Assembly (NCBI GenBank): GCA_964035545.1 | Contig: OZ037769.1 | Span: forward strand, 2,790,001 to 2,854,000 | DNA: 64,000 nt | Reading direction: 5' to 3' | Origin: Bugula neritina | Taxonomy: Eukaryota; Animalia; Bryozoa | Shown here: positions 1 through 14,391 of the stretch, in pieces | How the letters are laid out: each line of letters begins with the position of its first letter | How positions within the stretch are numbered: position 1 is the first letter of the stretch | The notes under the pieces: generated by a model | The model's input: the letters and a program-made list of their open reading frames with translations, nothing else | What the model was told of the DNA's origin: nothing | Databases searched by the model: none | Program-made: the position numbers and the translations under genes

Positions 1-725
1 AACATTTGCTCTGGAAACTTGATTTTAAGGCATTTGCTATGTACTTTTTGCTTGATGACTACCAACATTATTAATCACCGGGAAGATTATTTTGCTTATA
101 TTTCAGCATAACAGACCAGTTAAAAATTCTCTACTTGCAATAATTGTAATAATTTCTGTTCAGCTATACATACCATGCTATGCTTTTACTAAACACACAT
201 GCAAAGCCAAATTTATAACTTTGGAGTTGCTTTACCAATATAAAATGAGCCAACGGTTGAATGAAAAATTTCAACATAATATTGCTAATGTAGTGCAGTG
301 ATACCTTTTACACTAACGGCAGTGATTAGTCACAATAAATTTTATTTTTTTTAAAAGAAAATTAAAAGAAGTTAAAGAATAAGAAAAATTGAGGATTTTA
401 AAAGAGGAAATCAAACATAATAGTTGATAAGTAAAAACTATTTTAGATATTCAACTTGTAAATTATACGGCTTGATTCACATATTTACTAGCACGTATAT
501 AAAAACAATTAGTTATGGAAAATATTGCTATACAGAGACCAGAAAAACCCACAGTGAACCGATATTTTCATCTCGAGTTTGCTTACCAGAAAAATTTTGT
601 TTTTTAAACTTTTCTCTTTGCAAGCTTTTCTAGATCAACTAATGCCTGTAGGATAAATTACCTTTGTTTGTCATCTTTTAATTATGATATCTGTTTTAGA
701 CTTTCCAAGCAAGCATGATTAAAGG

Positions 726-3700
726 ATGACAAAATGGACAATAACAGTTTTAAGTTTCTTATATTTCCTCCAAGGCATGCCTTATGGCATTCAGATCAAA
801 TTCCTTCCCATAATTCTCAGGAAACATGGAGTTTCGCTGAGCAACATTTCTCTGTTTAAACTTCTCTTCCTTCCCTGGGTGTTTAAAGTAAGTCTTGCTT
901 TGTCTATTCTACTCAGTATACTCAATAGTAGTTGTGTAGTAGCGTGTATGCATATATTCAACTTGGAGTTATCATCCCCTGAAGCATGTGTTTCCCACTA
1001 TAATTACTACCCTATAATGTATTATGTAAGTAAGTCATATGATCAATGTAATCAAACACTGTGACATATATTTAAACTTCTTAACACAATACAATTAGAA
1101 ATATGAGAATGGACCCATTTGGTTGTAATAGTTTATAGCTGAGCTAGACATAAAGTATCAATGACATTACGTAGTGAGGATAGAAATATTGAATTAGTGT
1201 ACTTAGGTTTCATTCTAGAGATATATTTGATACAGGGTACGAGATCAGAACACAATTACACTAGCAGATCATTTTATCTAATATGATTGTAATGCAATCA
1301 AGTATAGACAACAATTTACTTTTTACTTTGCGTCATAGTTTGTAAAAATATACATCAAACTTTAGGATATTTCCAATTTGCTTTTGTAATTCAAGTTTGA
1401 CATTAGTATAGCTAGCCCCCCCCCTAATCAATGCAAAGATTCAAGGCTACATCTACAATTAGTTAAGTTAATGAAAGATAACTCCTTACCATGCAAGCTT
1501 AAGGCTAGTTTGTTTATTAAATCACTATGTTTTTATTAAATGCTGTTAAGAACAATTAGAATGCACTATAAGTTATAATAAATAACTTTGTTACGATTTA
1601 TAGCATTTTCTGGTAAGACTGGGGTTGTTGAACTGCATGCAATGCTTTAGCTTGGCACTATACATACACATACACATTTGTGTTGATGTGTTAGGCCATA
1701 GTTTATTAGGGAATCCTAGTTTTAATGCTATCAATAGATTGAAAGTTACCTTCCCTTTTAGTTATAGTGAATGGAATAAAATTCTATTGCTAAATACGTT
1801 ATTCTTAACAGATATCTTCAGTTTTTCAATTCCCTGCATAAGCCTTCTTTTAGAGGTTGTTAGGCTATAACTTATGTTCGCTTTGCTTCAAATGTTATTA
1901 CAACAAGCCGAAGTATATGTCGTATATCTACATGAAATATGTCATAAAAATGTTTGACACTCTCCCTAGTCATTTCTATTTAACTGGCCAGCACGCATTC
2001 TAAATATTAAACATGTTTTGGAAGGAAATTTCTTGAAACAGCACCAGGTTGGTGGGGGAAGGGTGTCAAGTTTGGAACTTAGGTTTGCAACTGTAGATAA
2101 TCTCTTGGACTGGGGAATCATCTTCTCATGGTTAAAATAAAATTATAATGGGAAATAAAGCATGTGGTACGATAATAAATACTTTTCAAATTATATGATT
2201 TGTGTTAAGGAAATTCAGAATAGCAAGCGCCATCAGTATTGGTACAAATTTGAACCCAATGTGTTATTTAACCTAGATTTGAATTTAGAGTAAGTTTAGT
2301 AATTTTATAAAGGGCCAAATATTTAGTGTTAATTTGTGGTTTTCAAATCTCATGTTTAACAAATAATTCATAGATCTACTTGGAAAGTAAAGCTACACTA
2401 TAATTTCATTCAGTTCTAAAAGCTAGCTGCCAGGAACTGCTGCCTCTGTGGCACCTGCAAATTGGCAGCATTTTGAAATGAGGAGTGTGCACGGGCAAAT
2501 GTACGTAGGTGTAGGTGCTTTTCCAGAACACCTGATGGTTAGAAAGTGTAGCTAAAGCTGTCTGGTCTACAGTTCACAGAAGTGACTGAAATGCTCTCAA
2601 AAAGCAATTAAATAGTAAAACAGCAGCAGTTGCTGATACATAAAGCATTGATTAAATTTCCATAACTTCGTCTTATTATGACAAAATGATTGAGAGCAGT
2701 AAAGGTAATAAATATGCAATTACCAGCCTATAAACAATAAAAATACTCTTTTATATAAGCAGTAAAAATTTAAATAATGTTATTTACTTTGTGTTAGAGA
2801 AATAAGTTGAGACATTAGTAACTCATTGTACTAGTTAACTAGTACTAGTAAATAGATTGATAATCACCAACTCTTTATCATAACGTGGTATCCATGGAGT
2901 ACAGATTGTAACAGCATTTCAGCATCACTGGAGAAATAATATCTGTCAGAAAATTATAAAATCTGAATTAAATTAAAAATTACAACATTAAATTATCTTA
3001 ATTATTTAATATATTATTACATTATGAGCAAGAAGTATGGAGTAAGTCATATTGTGTTATTACTCATTCTCTTGCTCTGTTAGTTGTCACAGTACATATC
3101 GAAGCACATGTCATCACGTGTCACATCGAATCTCAGTTGTCACATTGCATTTGGATGATGGAAAGGTTCTCTTCATTTTTTCAATTAGGTAAACCATAAA
3201 GGTTTGACTCTTTTGATGCTAATAAGTTTCCTCAAATAGTTTTGTATTGTAAATTTTAACCAATAGCATCTTCATGTGATGAAGTAAAAGCTGCCTCTTT
3301 AAATAACTTTGATGGTGGCAGCGAAAGTCTCCAGTCAGCGTGGCAGCCGAGTTTACACAACATACAATGACCGTGCAGTCTATATTCCATATATGAATTC
3401 CATATCCAACTATGAGTTGTCTTCTCTCAAGTTATGACTCAATTTCAACCTCCCGCTGAAGTAAAGTACGTAAAAGAGTATGATACCGGGGATTGTCACC
3501 ACGCTGCCAATAGTGTGCATCAGAGAGGCAGCATTCTTGTATTTGTCTGTAATATCCTTGTAGCCTGTATCAAACAATACGCAATTATTGAGCCTGTAAT
3601 AAGATACTAAATGCCAAAGTAAGAACATTAAAATGTCAAGGCTAGTTAAGAATCTGCCTTGATGATATTGACTAACTTGTTCATCTTATGGCAGCATATT

Positions 3701-6700
3701 GCTGTATACATGCTGCCAGTTGTCGATAGACAAAAAAAATCTGTCAAACTAAATTGAATTATAAACATAAGATAAGAGGTGGTTGTTGGAAGGCACAGAT
3801 GGTGGTAATCATTACATACCATGCAAACATAGCACTTCCTCTGTGTAGTCTGAGTATACTATAGAGTTATGTGCTATGATAGTATATACAATGTAACAAA
3901 CACACTTCACATGTCTGCATATAGCTTCAATACTGGAGATCTCATTGTGACTAAAGCTATAAACTATCAATTTTGTATACAAAACATTAATTAATATAAC
4001 TCAGTTTGGTCATAATCTGCATGCCTTTTCCAGTAATATAATAATATAACTCCAGCAATATAATAATATAACTCTAGTAATATAATAATATAACTCCAGC
4101 AATATAATAATATAACTCTAGCAATATAATAATATAACTCTAGTAAAATAATAATATAACTCTAGTAATATAATAATATAACTCTAGTAATATAATAATA
4201 TAACTCCAGTAATATAATAATATAACTCTAGTAATATAATAATATAACTCTAGTAATATAATAATATAACTCCAGCAATATAATAATATAACTCTAGCAA
4301 TATAATAATATAACTCTAGTAAAATAATAATATAACTCTAGTAATATAATAATATAACTCTAGTAATATAATAATATAACTCCAGTAATATAATAATATA
4401 ACTCTAGTAATATAATAATATAACTCTAGTAATATAATAATATAACTGTACATATAATGACCTCTTAGGCATTCCTTTAATAGTATAACAATAGAAGGGT
4501 TGTTACTATATGTTCTATTGTAATTGTGTTACACTAAGAGATGTTATGTTGATAATTATCAGTCTTGGTTAACAGTATCAGTGAAGGCAGGGTGTTTGTG
4601 AAATACTAACCATCTTGAGCTGTTATCATGGCCACCACAGACACTATAGATGCTAATATCCCCGCAGTCACTCCGATAAATGTAATGTGAAGGACACCCC
4701 AAACTATTATGTCACATTTCCCTCTTGAAGAGTCATCTCCACTTGTCTGGTTCTTTCGGCAGCCGCATTGAGCTCTCCCAGACATTTGCTCTATGTCACT
4801 GTATGCTGGTGGCTGTTCGCTGAAGTGCTCTATGTAGGGTGGTAGCCCAGGACATTGGGGGTTTGGGGTAGCCACCCTCACTCTGGTACAACTTATGTTA
4901 CTGGATACACTCTCTTCGTTGAAGTCGTTATCTGTCAGAGAAAATCAAAATAGTAACCAGGTGTTACTCAACTGTTAAACTCAAATACAGCTTCATTGAG
5001 AGATTCTTCTAAATGTTGAAATCTAAATGGACTGAGGATTTGTTTACTGCTAGTACAGGAATATCTACTTTTAGAGGGTAACTGTTACCAACAATAGTTA
5101 TCCAGTGCATTTGTTGTTTGAACTAGTTTTTACAATATTTTCATTTTATTGAGATTGAAAGCAATTTTCAATTGCTTGTTTTACAGGCATTATCTTCACA
5201 TATTGGTCAAAATATCACTTAAAGTTTATTCCTACTTTGAATGAAATACTTGCATGAATGAGAATATGAGAGTGAAAATAAATTAAAGTTTGGAATAAAA
5301 TTCTATTGTTACTTATTTACAATTACATTTTAGCTATTGCTGTTTCTATTATTACATGATCATATTATTATCAGTCGTTATCAAATAGTAATTAAAACTA
5401 AGATCTTTATCGCTATTGTTTTAATAATTAGGTAATTGTTAACTTTGGCAAACAAATAAACTTATGCCCATTACTACGAGTATGTGTAATCAGAATAATA
5501 GTATCTCAATTGAGTGTATCTATTAGTATTATTGCAGAAAATGTAGTTCTTTCTTTTCCAGTTATGTAATAAATTAATGTAATAAAGCTCATCAATTACG
5601 AAAGGCTAGTATTTCAACCAGTAGTTCTCGTGCAGATATCTTACTTTATTGGGTGTTAATATTCCCATTTTCTCGACATTTTGAATCAAAATACAGTTTA
5701 CAATTCAAAGTAGCTACCCCCCAAAGCTCATATAGATTTAATTAAAAAAAGTTGAAAAAATTGAATTTTAGGTTTGTACACATGTTATCGTTTTTAAATT
5801 TACGTTAACTAAACATAGAAGTTGAAAATTTGTATGGTTAATATTTATTGTTCACTAGAAAAATGTGAAGATATTTTAAGATTTAAATGCTTCAAAGTAT
5901 ATAATAGCACTCGAACGTTCATATGGCGTAGCTAAGCTAGCTATGTTGAGTATATTCTTATTTGTGTTTATTTCTTGTTTATTCATTACATCAACTGTAG
6001 AAACCACTTCTCACTCTAGAGAAACAGCAGGGTTTCTAGTTTAATGAAGACACTAATGAGCTAAGTTACTGAGTTATGTTATTTACTTCTCATTACTTGG
6101 GTTTAAAGTTTAAACTCATTCTTTACTACTAATAGGCATCATGATTATATTCATTACACTGTATTAGCAATAAATAGCATATATAGTAAGTGTATCTTTA
6201 AAATATGTTATGTTTACTCTTGAATATCATTTTTATTTTATATTTTTTTATAAAAGATTGGAAAAACAATAACTTGTTATAAATGGAAAACGTTTACCTG
6301 TTAGTACGACAGTGTCCCCTGATCTAGTATCCATGTTGATGTCACACTCCCTTTGTTCTCTACAGTAAATTCTTTGTTCACTACAGCAAGATTTCCTAAT
6401 AATTTGCTTGAAAACCTCAATAAACCCTAGCTCTTCCCTGACACGTGAGGAATGGAACACCCTCTACTGCTACAACTATAATAGTATTAGTGTAAAACCA
6501 CGTGATGGTATTTAAAGGTGAAAACGAACCAATCACCTTGCTCAGTGAGCTTGAAAGCTATCAATGTTTCAATAGGATAATTAATTGGTATGATGAACTT
6601 CCTGGGTACTATACTACTTCAAAATGTTGCTATATTAGCACTTCTCAAGATTTCTTTCTTTCAAACTTGTACTATTGAATAGCCGAAATTTTCTATAGCC

Positions 6701-9700
6701 TGAAATATGAATACTTATTGGGTTGTGTGGGTGTTGTCCATAAAGTGACATGATGTTGCCTGGTCATAGGCTATTGAATGAAATCACGGTACCTCTCATA
6801 AATTGAGAGTGTTTCAAGTGTACAGGTGTTGAAAGACATTCCGGTTTGAATCATTAGTGGAGTTGATCAGGTCATCTGTGTTACAACCTCTTGCTTCATG
6901 CTTTTGGCTCCTCTTCCTTCCTATACACTATAATTTCATCATTTTTGTTGGGAGATATTTCTACACGTGTGTTCCTTTGATTCTATTTTTGGTTTTAATT
7001 GCCGGTGAAACTAAGCTAGAAATTTAGTTCCACGCTTGATTTGATTTTATTTTTGGTTTAATAGCTTCCAAAATGAACAGAAATATTCAGATGCCTTCAA
7101 ATCTGGCAAAGTAGCAAACAATAATTTCTTTTGATATTATCTGCCCTGTTACTACAGTTACAGCATTACTATCACCTGTATGCAGTGTCATAGTAATATT
7201 ATCACCTGTATACAGTGTCATAGTATTACTATCACCTGTATGCAGTGCCACAGTAAAACTATCACCTGTATGCAGTGTCATAGTAATACTATCACCTGTA
7301 TGCAGTGTCATAGTAATACTATCACCTGTATGCAGTGTCATAGTAATACTGTCACCTGTATGCAGTGTCATAGTAAGACAATACCATGAGTGACACCCTG
7401 GCACTGGCACAATGCTCAAAGGTGATAGTGAAGATGATTATTGTGTTAGTTGGGTGATTGTTGTATTAGTGGGAGTGATTGTGTGCTTGCACGGCTTGTT
7501 ACATGCGTTTTTCCTGCACTTGTCTGTCCATCACACGTCACATCACAGCATGGCACACTTCTGTAGGATTACCCGCTTCATACCGTAAATCAAGATTATA
7601 CATTATTTTATTTGAATCAATCAACATTGTTGCATCTTCCCATATATTATATAATATATTTCTGCCAAGCTGGGCATCTTTGCTAACCTGTCTAATTTGA
7701 TGGACTTATTGAGTGTTGCTTTCCCGAATATTCTTTACTGAATATTATTTATTGAATATTGGTTGTTAAGTATTGGTTATTGGAGATTGCCTGTTGTTTG
7801 TTACATACAGAAATAGAGGGTTTTCACTATTAATGTAGTAGGATTGAAACTAAGAAAGGGTTATGGCATTTTAAAGTTAAACAATGTTTGATGGTGCTAT
7901 ACTGTACTCAATGTTTTTAATCATTACCTGGCCATGTGAATATTCTACCAGTTCTTATAGCATGTCCAGTATATAGTATGCATTCAGTATATAGCATACA
8001 GTGTATAGCATACAGTATATAGCATACAGTATATAGCTCTTCTCTATTACCAGCTGCTATGGGCTCCCCTAGTGGACAAGCATGGCACTAAGAAGCAGTG
8101 GCTAATTGGCACTACAACCTTGTTGGCCTTGACCTGCCTGCTCACTGCCTCTGTCAATTTCCATAGCCTCAGCTCCCTAGCCCTAATGCTTTTTCTGCAA
8201 AATATATGCGTCTCAGTACAAGATATCTCAGTCGACGCTCTTGCAGTCTCCATCTTGTCCACTGAAGATGTTGGGCTGGGAAACGTAGCCCAGGTTACTG
8301 GCTATAAAGTTGGGGGCGTCTTGGCAGGTTAGTATCACTCCTTGCTGGCACCTTAAGCTAAGTTAGAGTTGTCTTCACAACCCTAGAAATAACTCCAACA
8401 GTTTCATATTCAAAGCTTACGCTGCTTAATTCTCACTGCATGTGTCTGGGAGTTATGTTATCTATGAAGTTTTATCACCTGCAGCCACCTGCCTTGGGCT
8501 GCCAGTCTAATAGATGCAAAATATTATACAGGTTGTTTTCAATTAAAATATTGTAGTTTTTGCTATATGGCCACACAGCAATGCTTTTGTTGGGTACTTT
8601 GTTTGAGCTCAGAAAAACTACCAAATTATGTTCTCTCTAATTATAACACTAATCCACTTTTCCTTCTCAGTACAGCACGGATTTCCTGTTAGTTCCGTCA
8701 GTTTCCTGTTTGTTTAGCGCTACTTCCTGTGTTAACAGCCGTTTACTTGCCGTGTATTGCAGGTGTGATGTATATGATGGTACACAATAGTGCGGGGCAT
8801 GGGGCAACTTACATTATTCTGGCCTTAGTCTATACTGTAGCCTTAGTGCTTATTCACTATGCTGACATTCACAGTCTACAGGGAACTCCGCCTCCAAATG
8901 GCAGCTCTAAACACAAGCCACTAAAGAGTTCATCTAGTCAAGAGAAAATAACTCTGAAAGAGAAATATTTCAGTACACTATGTCAAGCTGTTGAAGTTGA
9001 AGGATCACTGTGGATGATAGTGTATACTTGTATATATAAGTGTGGTAAGTTGTGTGCATGTACACTATACACTTACAGTATATATGTACACTATACACTT
9101 AAACTATAAATTTATCTACACTATATTCATACACTATGCACACACACTGTACTTCTACATTATACACTTGCATTATACACTTACACTGTACATGCATTAT
9201 GCACGTACATTATATACTTACACTACACTGACACTATATACATATATACATATGTCAACTTTGTGTAGAGATTTATACACATACATACTGATAATACAGA
9301 GTGGTGTTAATAAAAAGAAGGGAGAGCAAGTAATATATATTATTTTAACTCTAGTATTGAGACTATTGCAAAATTTTTGCCATGTGTATAATAACCATTT
9401 AAGGTATTTAAATTCTACTTTATAATTATTTTAATGTAGTGTGTTACTAAAAGGAATTTACTTTTTCAAAGGATTGCCTAAGAGGAAAAACACTACATGT
9501 AATGAACTCGTAAGTGTTAAGACACAAGCATTTTGATTCAACTTTATTTCATCATTTAGAGTTTATAACCTTGAAATTTTATGCATATATTATGACATGT
9601 TGCATAGTAGGTAGGGTGAGCTAGTTACAAAGGAAAACTTTTCCTTGTGAATGTTTAGTGAGATGAATTAGTGAGCCAGTTAATATATTATTAATTTGAA

Positions 9701-12195
9701 TGTAATTAGTTCATGTTACTTTATAAAATATCCTTAAGTTGGTCAAAGAATATTTTGAAAAGATTTTCTCATTCATATCATTAGAAGACTTATAGTTTAC
9801 TTATTTCAACCAGTGCTGCTTTATAAAAAGGCTGAGCTGTATTGTCTTTCATTATTCTGTGTATTAAAATTTTTTTTAAAATAAATACATATTCTAGAGA
9901 AATTTACATAAGCTGGGAAAGCTTTTCCCTAATGCATTATAGCTTTTCATGTATCATCACAGCTATGCCAGCTATATTATGCTTTTTCCACTTTCATTAT
10001 GACTACTATACAATATCTAACCTTTTTGACTGGTATAAAAACCTGGCATTTTCATTATCTTTACTTGGTATTTTGCAACCTGCCACTTGCAACTTATAAC
10101 TTATGATGTAATGGTTTCACATTGCTATTTTCTTTCAGTCTGTGGCAATAAAATATCTCTATACACTTAAAACACAACACATATTCTAGGGAATTTCTTT
10201 TCATAATTTCATCTTTACTTAGTATTTTGCAACCTCCCACTTGCAACCTGCCACTTGCAACTTATAACTTATGATGTAATGGTTTCACATTGCTATTTTC
10301 TTTCAGTCTGTGGCAATAAAATATCTTTATGTACTAAAACACAACACATATTCTAGGGAATTTCTTTCATAATTATGTATTGCTCTGGCAAATCCTTTGC
10401 TAAATTCAAATTTATAGTTTTTATTAACATAGGGTGTTGGCTAGCACTGCATATCTTTCTAAATAAATTATGTTGTTTTTTAACTCTGCCATGTCTAAAC
10501 TGTGAACACACTTATATTAACTGTATGTATAGTAAGTACAGTTTTACTTGCTAAAATATGTGTTACAGAATCTATCAGTTCCATAATAATTATCAGCATG
10601 CCATACTAACCCATATAGTGTTGATATATTAATTCATCTAGCTGTAAGAGTAACTACATAAAATGTACAACTATACATAAAATATAATATTTACATCAAT
10701 TCATAATAAAATATATGTTATCTTAATATAATATGTTGTAGGTGAGAATTCAAGCATAGCCTTAATTCCGTTACTTCTACTGGACAGGGGGGTGTCTGAT
10801 ACTAAAGTAGCTTTTTGTACGGGAGTTGTGGGCTCTCTCGCTACTATATTTGGTAGTTTAGTTGGTGGCGTCATCTTGAAACGGTGAGTTTAGTTATAGT
10901 ACTGAGTACTAGCACTTAGTACTAATAGTGAGTACTAGCACTGAGTACTGACTAACACTGATTACTAATAGTCAGTACTAGCACTGAGTACTGACTAACA
11001 CTAATTATAGAAAAGTTAAATGTTATACTAGAAAGTTCTTGACAATTGTGCGTTGCAAAAGCTAAGAAAACTTGAAGCGGTTTGAGTTAAGTGTGAGTGC
11101 TATAGTATACAGGAGAGAGGCTTTGGTATTGAAACGATATATTCAACATAGTACTTCAGTTTGGTGCAGTTGCTATCACAACTGAAATATCCAGATCAAC
11201 GACAATAGCATTAACTTGTGTATACTTTCAGGTTTTCCTCTCATTTGTCCAGCTACATGCTAAATATTGGTAGAGTATTCACCATGGCCTGCATTACTAT
11301 ACTCGTCGGCAACTTGCTTTCAGTGACAACTACTCAAGACAATAATTATACAGGTGAGAAAACTCTCATCTCAGTAAATGACTGTAATATATGTGTGATT
11401 TGTGGGCCATATATGTCAAGATGTCACACTGTAGTTTGTATGCCCAAAATTTTCTACTATCTTTAAAATCACCATCTCTGTGCAGCTTTTGTGGAGAATT
11501 AGAATTCTGAGGTATTTTTTCATCCTTTACATGCTACTAGTGCTGAAATGCTTTACTTGTAGATATATTAAAATATGCTTGTAGATATATTGATAAGCTT
11601 GTAGATATATTGATATGCTTGTAGATATATTGATATGCTTGTAGATATATTGATATGCTTGTAGATATACTGATATGCTTGTAGATATACTGATATGCTT
11701 GTAGATATACTGATATGCTTGTAGATATATTGATATGCTTGTAGATATATTGATATGCTTGTAGATATATTAATATGCTTGTAGATATATTGATATGCTT
11801 GTAGATATACTGATATGCTTGTAGATATATTGATATGCTTGTAGATATATTGATATGCTTGTAGATATACTGATATGCTTGTAGATATATTGATATGCTT
11901 GTGCTGCGTGCAGCTCTTTCTAAGTGGCGTATCAAGTATATTAACTTTCTCTTGGATGATGCACCTATCCCAGAATGCACCAGCAAGTATACAGTCGACC
12001 AATTACACAGCACTAGCCACCAGTGAGATACTTGGCAAGCTGATCTTCGGCTCCTTTATTGGTTACCTACCAGAATACGCCGGCTATCAGCTGACTTTCT
12101 ACGCACTGTTGGTATTAGTGGTTGCAGTAGCCTTTGTGACTTTCTCTACACCAAAATACCTCAGGGGGTTGGGGTGTCCTAAACAAACATCGTGA
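726..12195 (+). CDS. MFSD3: Major facilitator superfamily domain-containing protein 3 (AmpG/SLC33 family), ~430 aa; coding exons 726-887, 8054-8327, 8763-9044, 10742-10883, 11232-11353, 11885-12195
   Basis: Motifs LYFLQGMPYG, LPWVFK|LLWAPLVD, QDISVDALAV, QVTGYKVG, YKCGE and TFSWMM..SQ.AP..IQSTNYT.LAT.EILGKL are typical of MFSD3. All introns are GT-AG with consistent phases. Confidence 0.9.
3410..6334 (-). CDS. Uncharacterised two-TM membrane protein (~214 aa) nested antisense in MFSD3 intron 1; exons 6334-6298, 4931-4611, 3858-3820, 3740-3677, 3593-3410
   Basis: Five GT-AG exons join in one frame (645 nt). The product has N-terminal LPPY and PPAY motifs, TM1 IIVWGVLHITFIGVTAGILASIVSVVAMI, a Cys-containing loop and TM2 IGSVVTIPGIILFYVLYF. 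Confidence 0.65.
4030..4447. repeat. 22-bp minisatellite (CYAGYAATATAATAATATAACT) x19 with an 8-unit higher-order duplication
   Basis: Directly visible tandem array; the pattern of variant units recurs with a 176-bp period. Confidence 0.95.
7166..7376. repeat. 30-bp minisatellite (ATCACCTGTATGCAGTGTCATAGTAATACT) x7
   Basis: Directly visible; it produces the spurious ORFs 7087-7419 and 7180-7389. Confidence 0.95.
9905..10370 (+). mobile_element. Dispersed repeat (non-autonomous TE-like) with an internal ~160-bp tandem duplication; related copy at 29905-30155 (-)
   Basis: Shares blocks such as GGAAAGCTT, AGCTATATTATGCTTTTT and TTTTCTTTCAGTCTG..CAATAAA with the reverse complement of 29905-30155. 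Segment 10057-10200 is repeated at 10212-10370. Confidence 0.6.
11556..11900 (+). repeat. 20-bp minisatellite (GTAGATATAYTGATATGCTT) x~17 whose last unit contains the MFSD3 exon-6 acceptor
   Basis: Visible array. The last unit gives TTGTAG|ATATATTGATATGCTTG, encoding D-I-L-I-C-L in the required phase. Confidence 0.9.
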
Positions 12196-12744
12196 TGTTG
12201 TAGAAGGGATTGGGAAAGGCTAGAGCAAACCTAGACTGCAAAAGTGATAAAGTTCGAGACAAGCCAACACGTTTTTAAAATAAATTTAAGAATTTGTCAG
12301 TATTTTAGTGGATATTTCAAAGTGATTTTGATTTCCCCCCTAAATCTCTGTGCTATTTTACACACAATGTTTCTCTATCATGTGTTGGATTTTTCCTTGC
12401 AATAGTATTAAATATTGATTTTTCTAAGACATAATTTTATTCAATTTTTTTACTAGACTCATGCGTAATTTATATTCATTAGAGCTTCGTTTGCTCAAAG
12501 ACAAATAATTTAAATATGGTTAGACAAACAGTGGATGATTTTTTAAACCAGCTACTATACGTGCTATAAAGATAAAACTGGAGTTGTCATTCCATGAATA
12601 AAATATATTTAATAATATAAAACCTAAAAATAAGTTCCTAATAGCTTGTTTATTTGCACCTTGGCAGCAAAATAGATAATTATGAAATCAGCCGTATTAC
12701 AAAAATATCAAGCAGCATATTAAACTTGAAAATTGTCACACAAG

Positions 12745-14391
12745 TCAGCATTTTTTTACCTCATCTTTCAGAGAGCTGGGAACACGATCAACCTTAGCAA
12801 TATACTGTTTGTTGACGGCCCCATCACTGTATCTGCTGTAGAATGGGCTAGCTTCCAGCAAGCTTTCCTTAAAGTTAGGTAGTAAATAACACCACGCAAG
12901 AGTAGTGATATCTTTGCTGGAGTTGTCTTCTTTCAGCTGTAAATGTATATACAAGTTTTAACAAAAAGCTATATTTAGCATATGAAGAGAATAAGATAGT
13001 GTGATCCAACAATCTAACAGAACCTCCAACATGGTTGAAGTGTCGGAACATAATTTTCTTTAGGAATTTAATTAATAAGTACAAAATATGCTTTGTGAGT
13101 TATGAATAAATGCAATATAGAAATACCATGAGATAAGCATACCCCCATCAGCGAATATTTATTCATGTGTAGGCTTTGGATTAAACACTTATAACTTAAA
13201 CTAATATATAGCTTATTCATTGTCGCATGGTTATATAAATATTCTGCATAAAAAGTGAGGTGAAAACTCACAAAGAAAATCACATTAAAATCAATTTCCG
13301 TAAGTTTTCATACAAAAATTTTAGCGCTGCATCAAGAACGCTATGGACATACAATAAGATAATTATGAATGAAGATATGTGTGCTATCTCCTACACTGAT
13401 TTACTAGTGAGAAAGAGGTAAATTATTAAAAATGCTTTAGGAGACAACACCCTCTATCTATCATAGAATATTTTTAAATATATTTCATGGATCCAATTAA
13501 GCTATTTAAACAGATATAATAGAACTATTTGGTCTCTACATAATACAGCTTGACTTATGATGCAGTAAGACACACTTAAATACAAACATATTCAATATTT
13601 TCAGAGAATAAACACATATTACACAATGATGCGCTTACCAACACGTGTGTGCAGTACTTACAAGTTGTATAGGAATCTCAGATCGTACGTAGAGGTTGGG
13701 GTGATCTTCTAATTCATCTAACTTTTTCATGATTGGCCACGTCACTTCGTATAACTCCCCGTAGACTTGCTGCAATTACATGAGACATGCAACTGGTGAA
13801 TAATAAGTGAGTGATTTGCAGCAAATATCAGTGCTGGTGTGTTAACAGAAAAAATGGTACACAGCAAGAAAGAAAAAAAAGAACAAGGAGAGAAATTAAA
13901 AAATTGCTAGTATTGTACTAATCACAAACAAATGTATGAACTAAAGTTGTTGAGCAGTTTGCAGATAATAAAGTTATAGGAAGTTATAAGAAGTCACAAA
14001 GTGAAGAATTGAATAAGTTTGTTTCTACAATCTAAGTGCTTTATAGATCAGATGTAAACTTACTTCTCCTTGTCCTGTCCTATCCAATAAGAATGGGACA
14101 TTAAAAGAACTTCCAATAACAAGAGGTCTTTTATCAACGGTCACAGCATAACCTATAGAGAAATTACCTAGCAGTTACTTTTCAACTCTAGTAGTTCATT
14201 ATAATCTATGCAAGTTCATTGAATCCGAAACCTCAAGTAAAATTTCAATTTTTTTGCTGCTAACCTTTGAACTTAGCTGCTTCATCATCCTGACTGAAAT
14301 CGCTTTCATTGCCTTTCGCTAAGGCGTTACCTAAGAGGTGGTGATTTGGGTGGCCTGTTTGGAGTGTACCATAAACAAACACAGAGAACAT
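12745..14391 (-). CDS. GGACT: Gamma-glutamylaminecyclotransferase (AIG2/GGCT-like fold), ~171 aa; exons 14391-14265, 14152-14064, 13769-13662, 12936-12745
   Basis: Motifs VFVYGTLQTGHPNH, PLVIGSSFNVPFLL, VYGELYEV, LDELEDHPNLYVR and AWCYLLPNF; GT-AG introns in phase. Confidence 0.88.

Noticed and set aside
7087-7419. ORFs with MTLHTGDSIT / CMQCHS repeats that mimic CxxCH heme motifs
   Set aside because: They are translations of a 30-bp intronic minisatellite with no splice or coding context.
11537-12013. Minus-strand repetitive ORFs (158 and 144 aa)
   Set aside because: They are antisense readings of the 20-bp array and MFSD3 exon 6.
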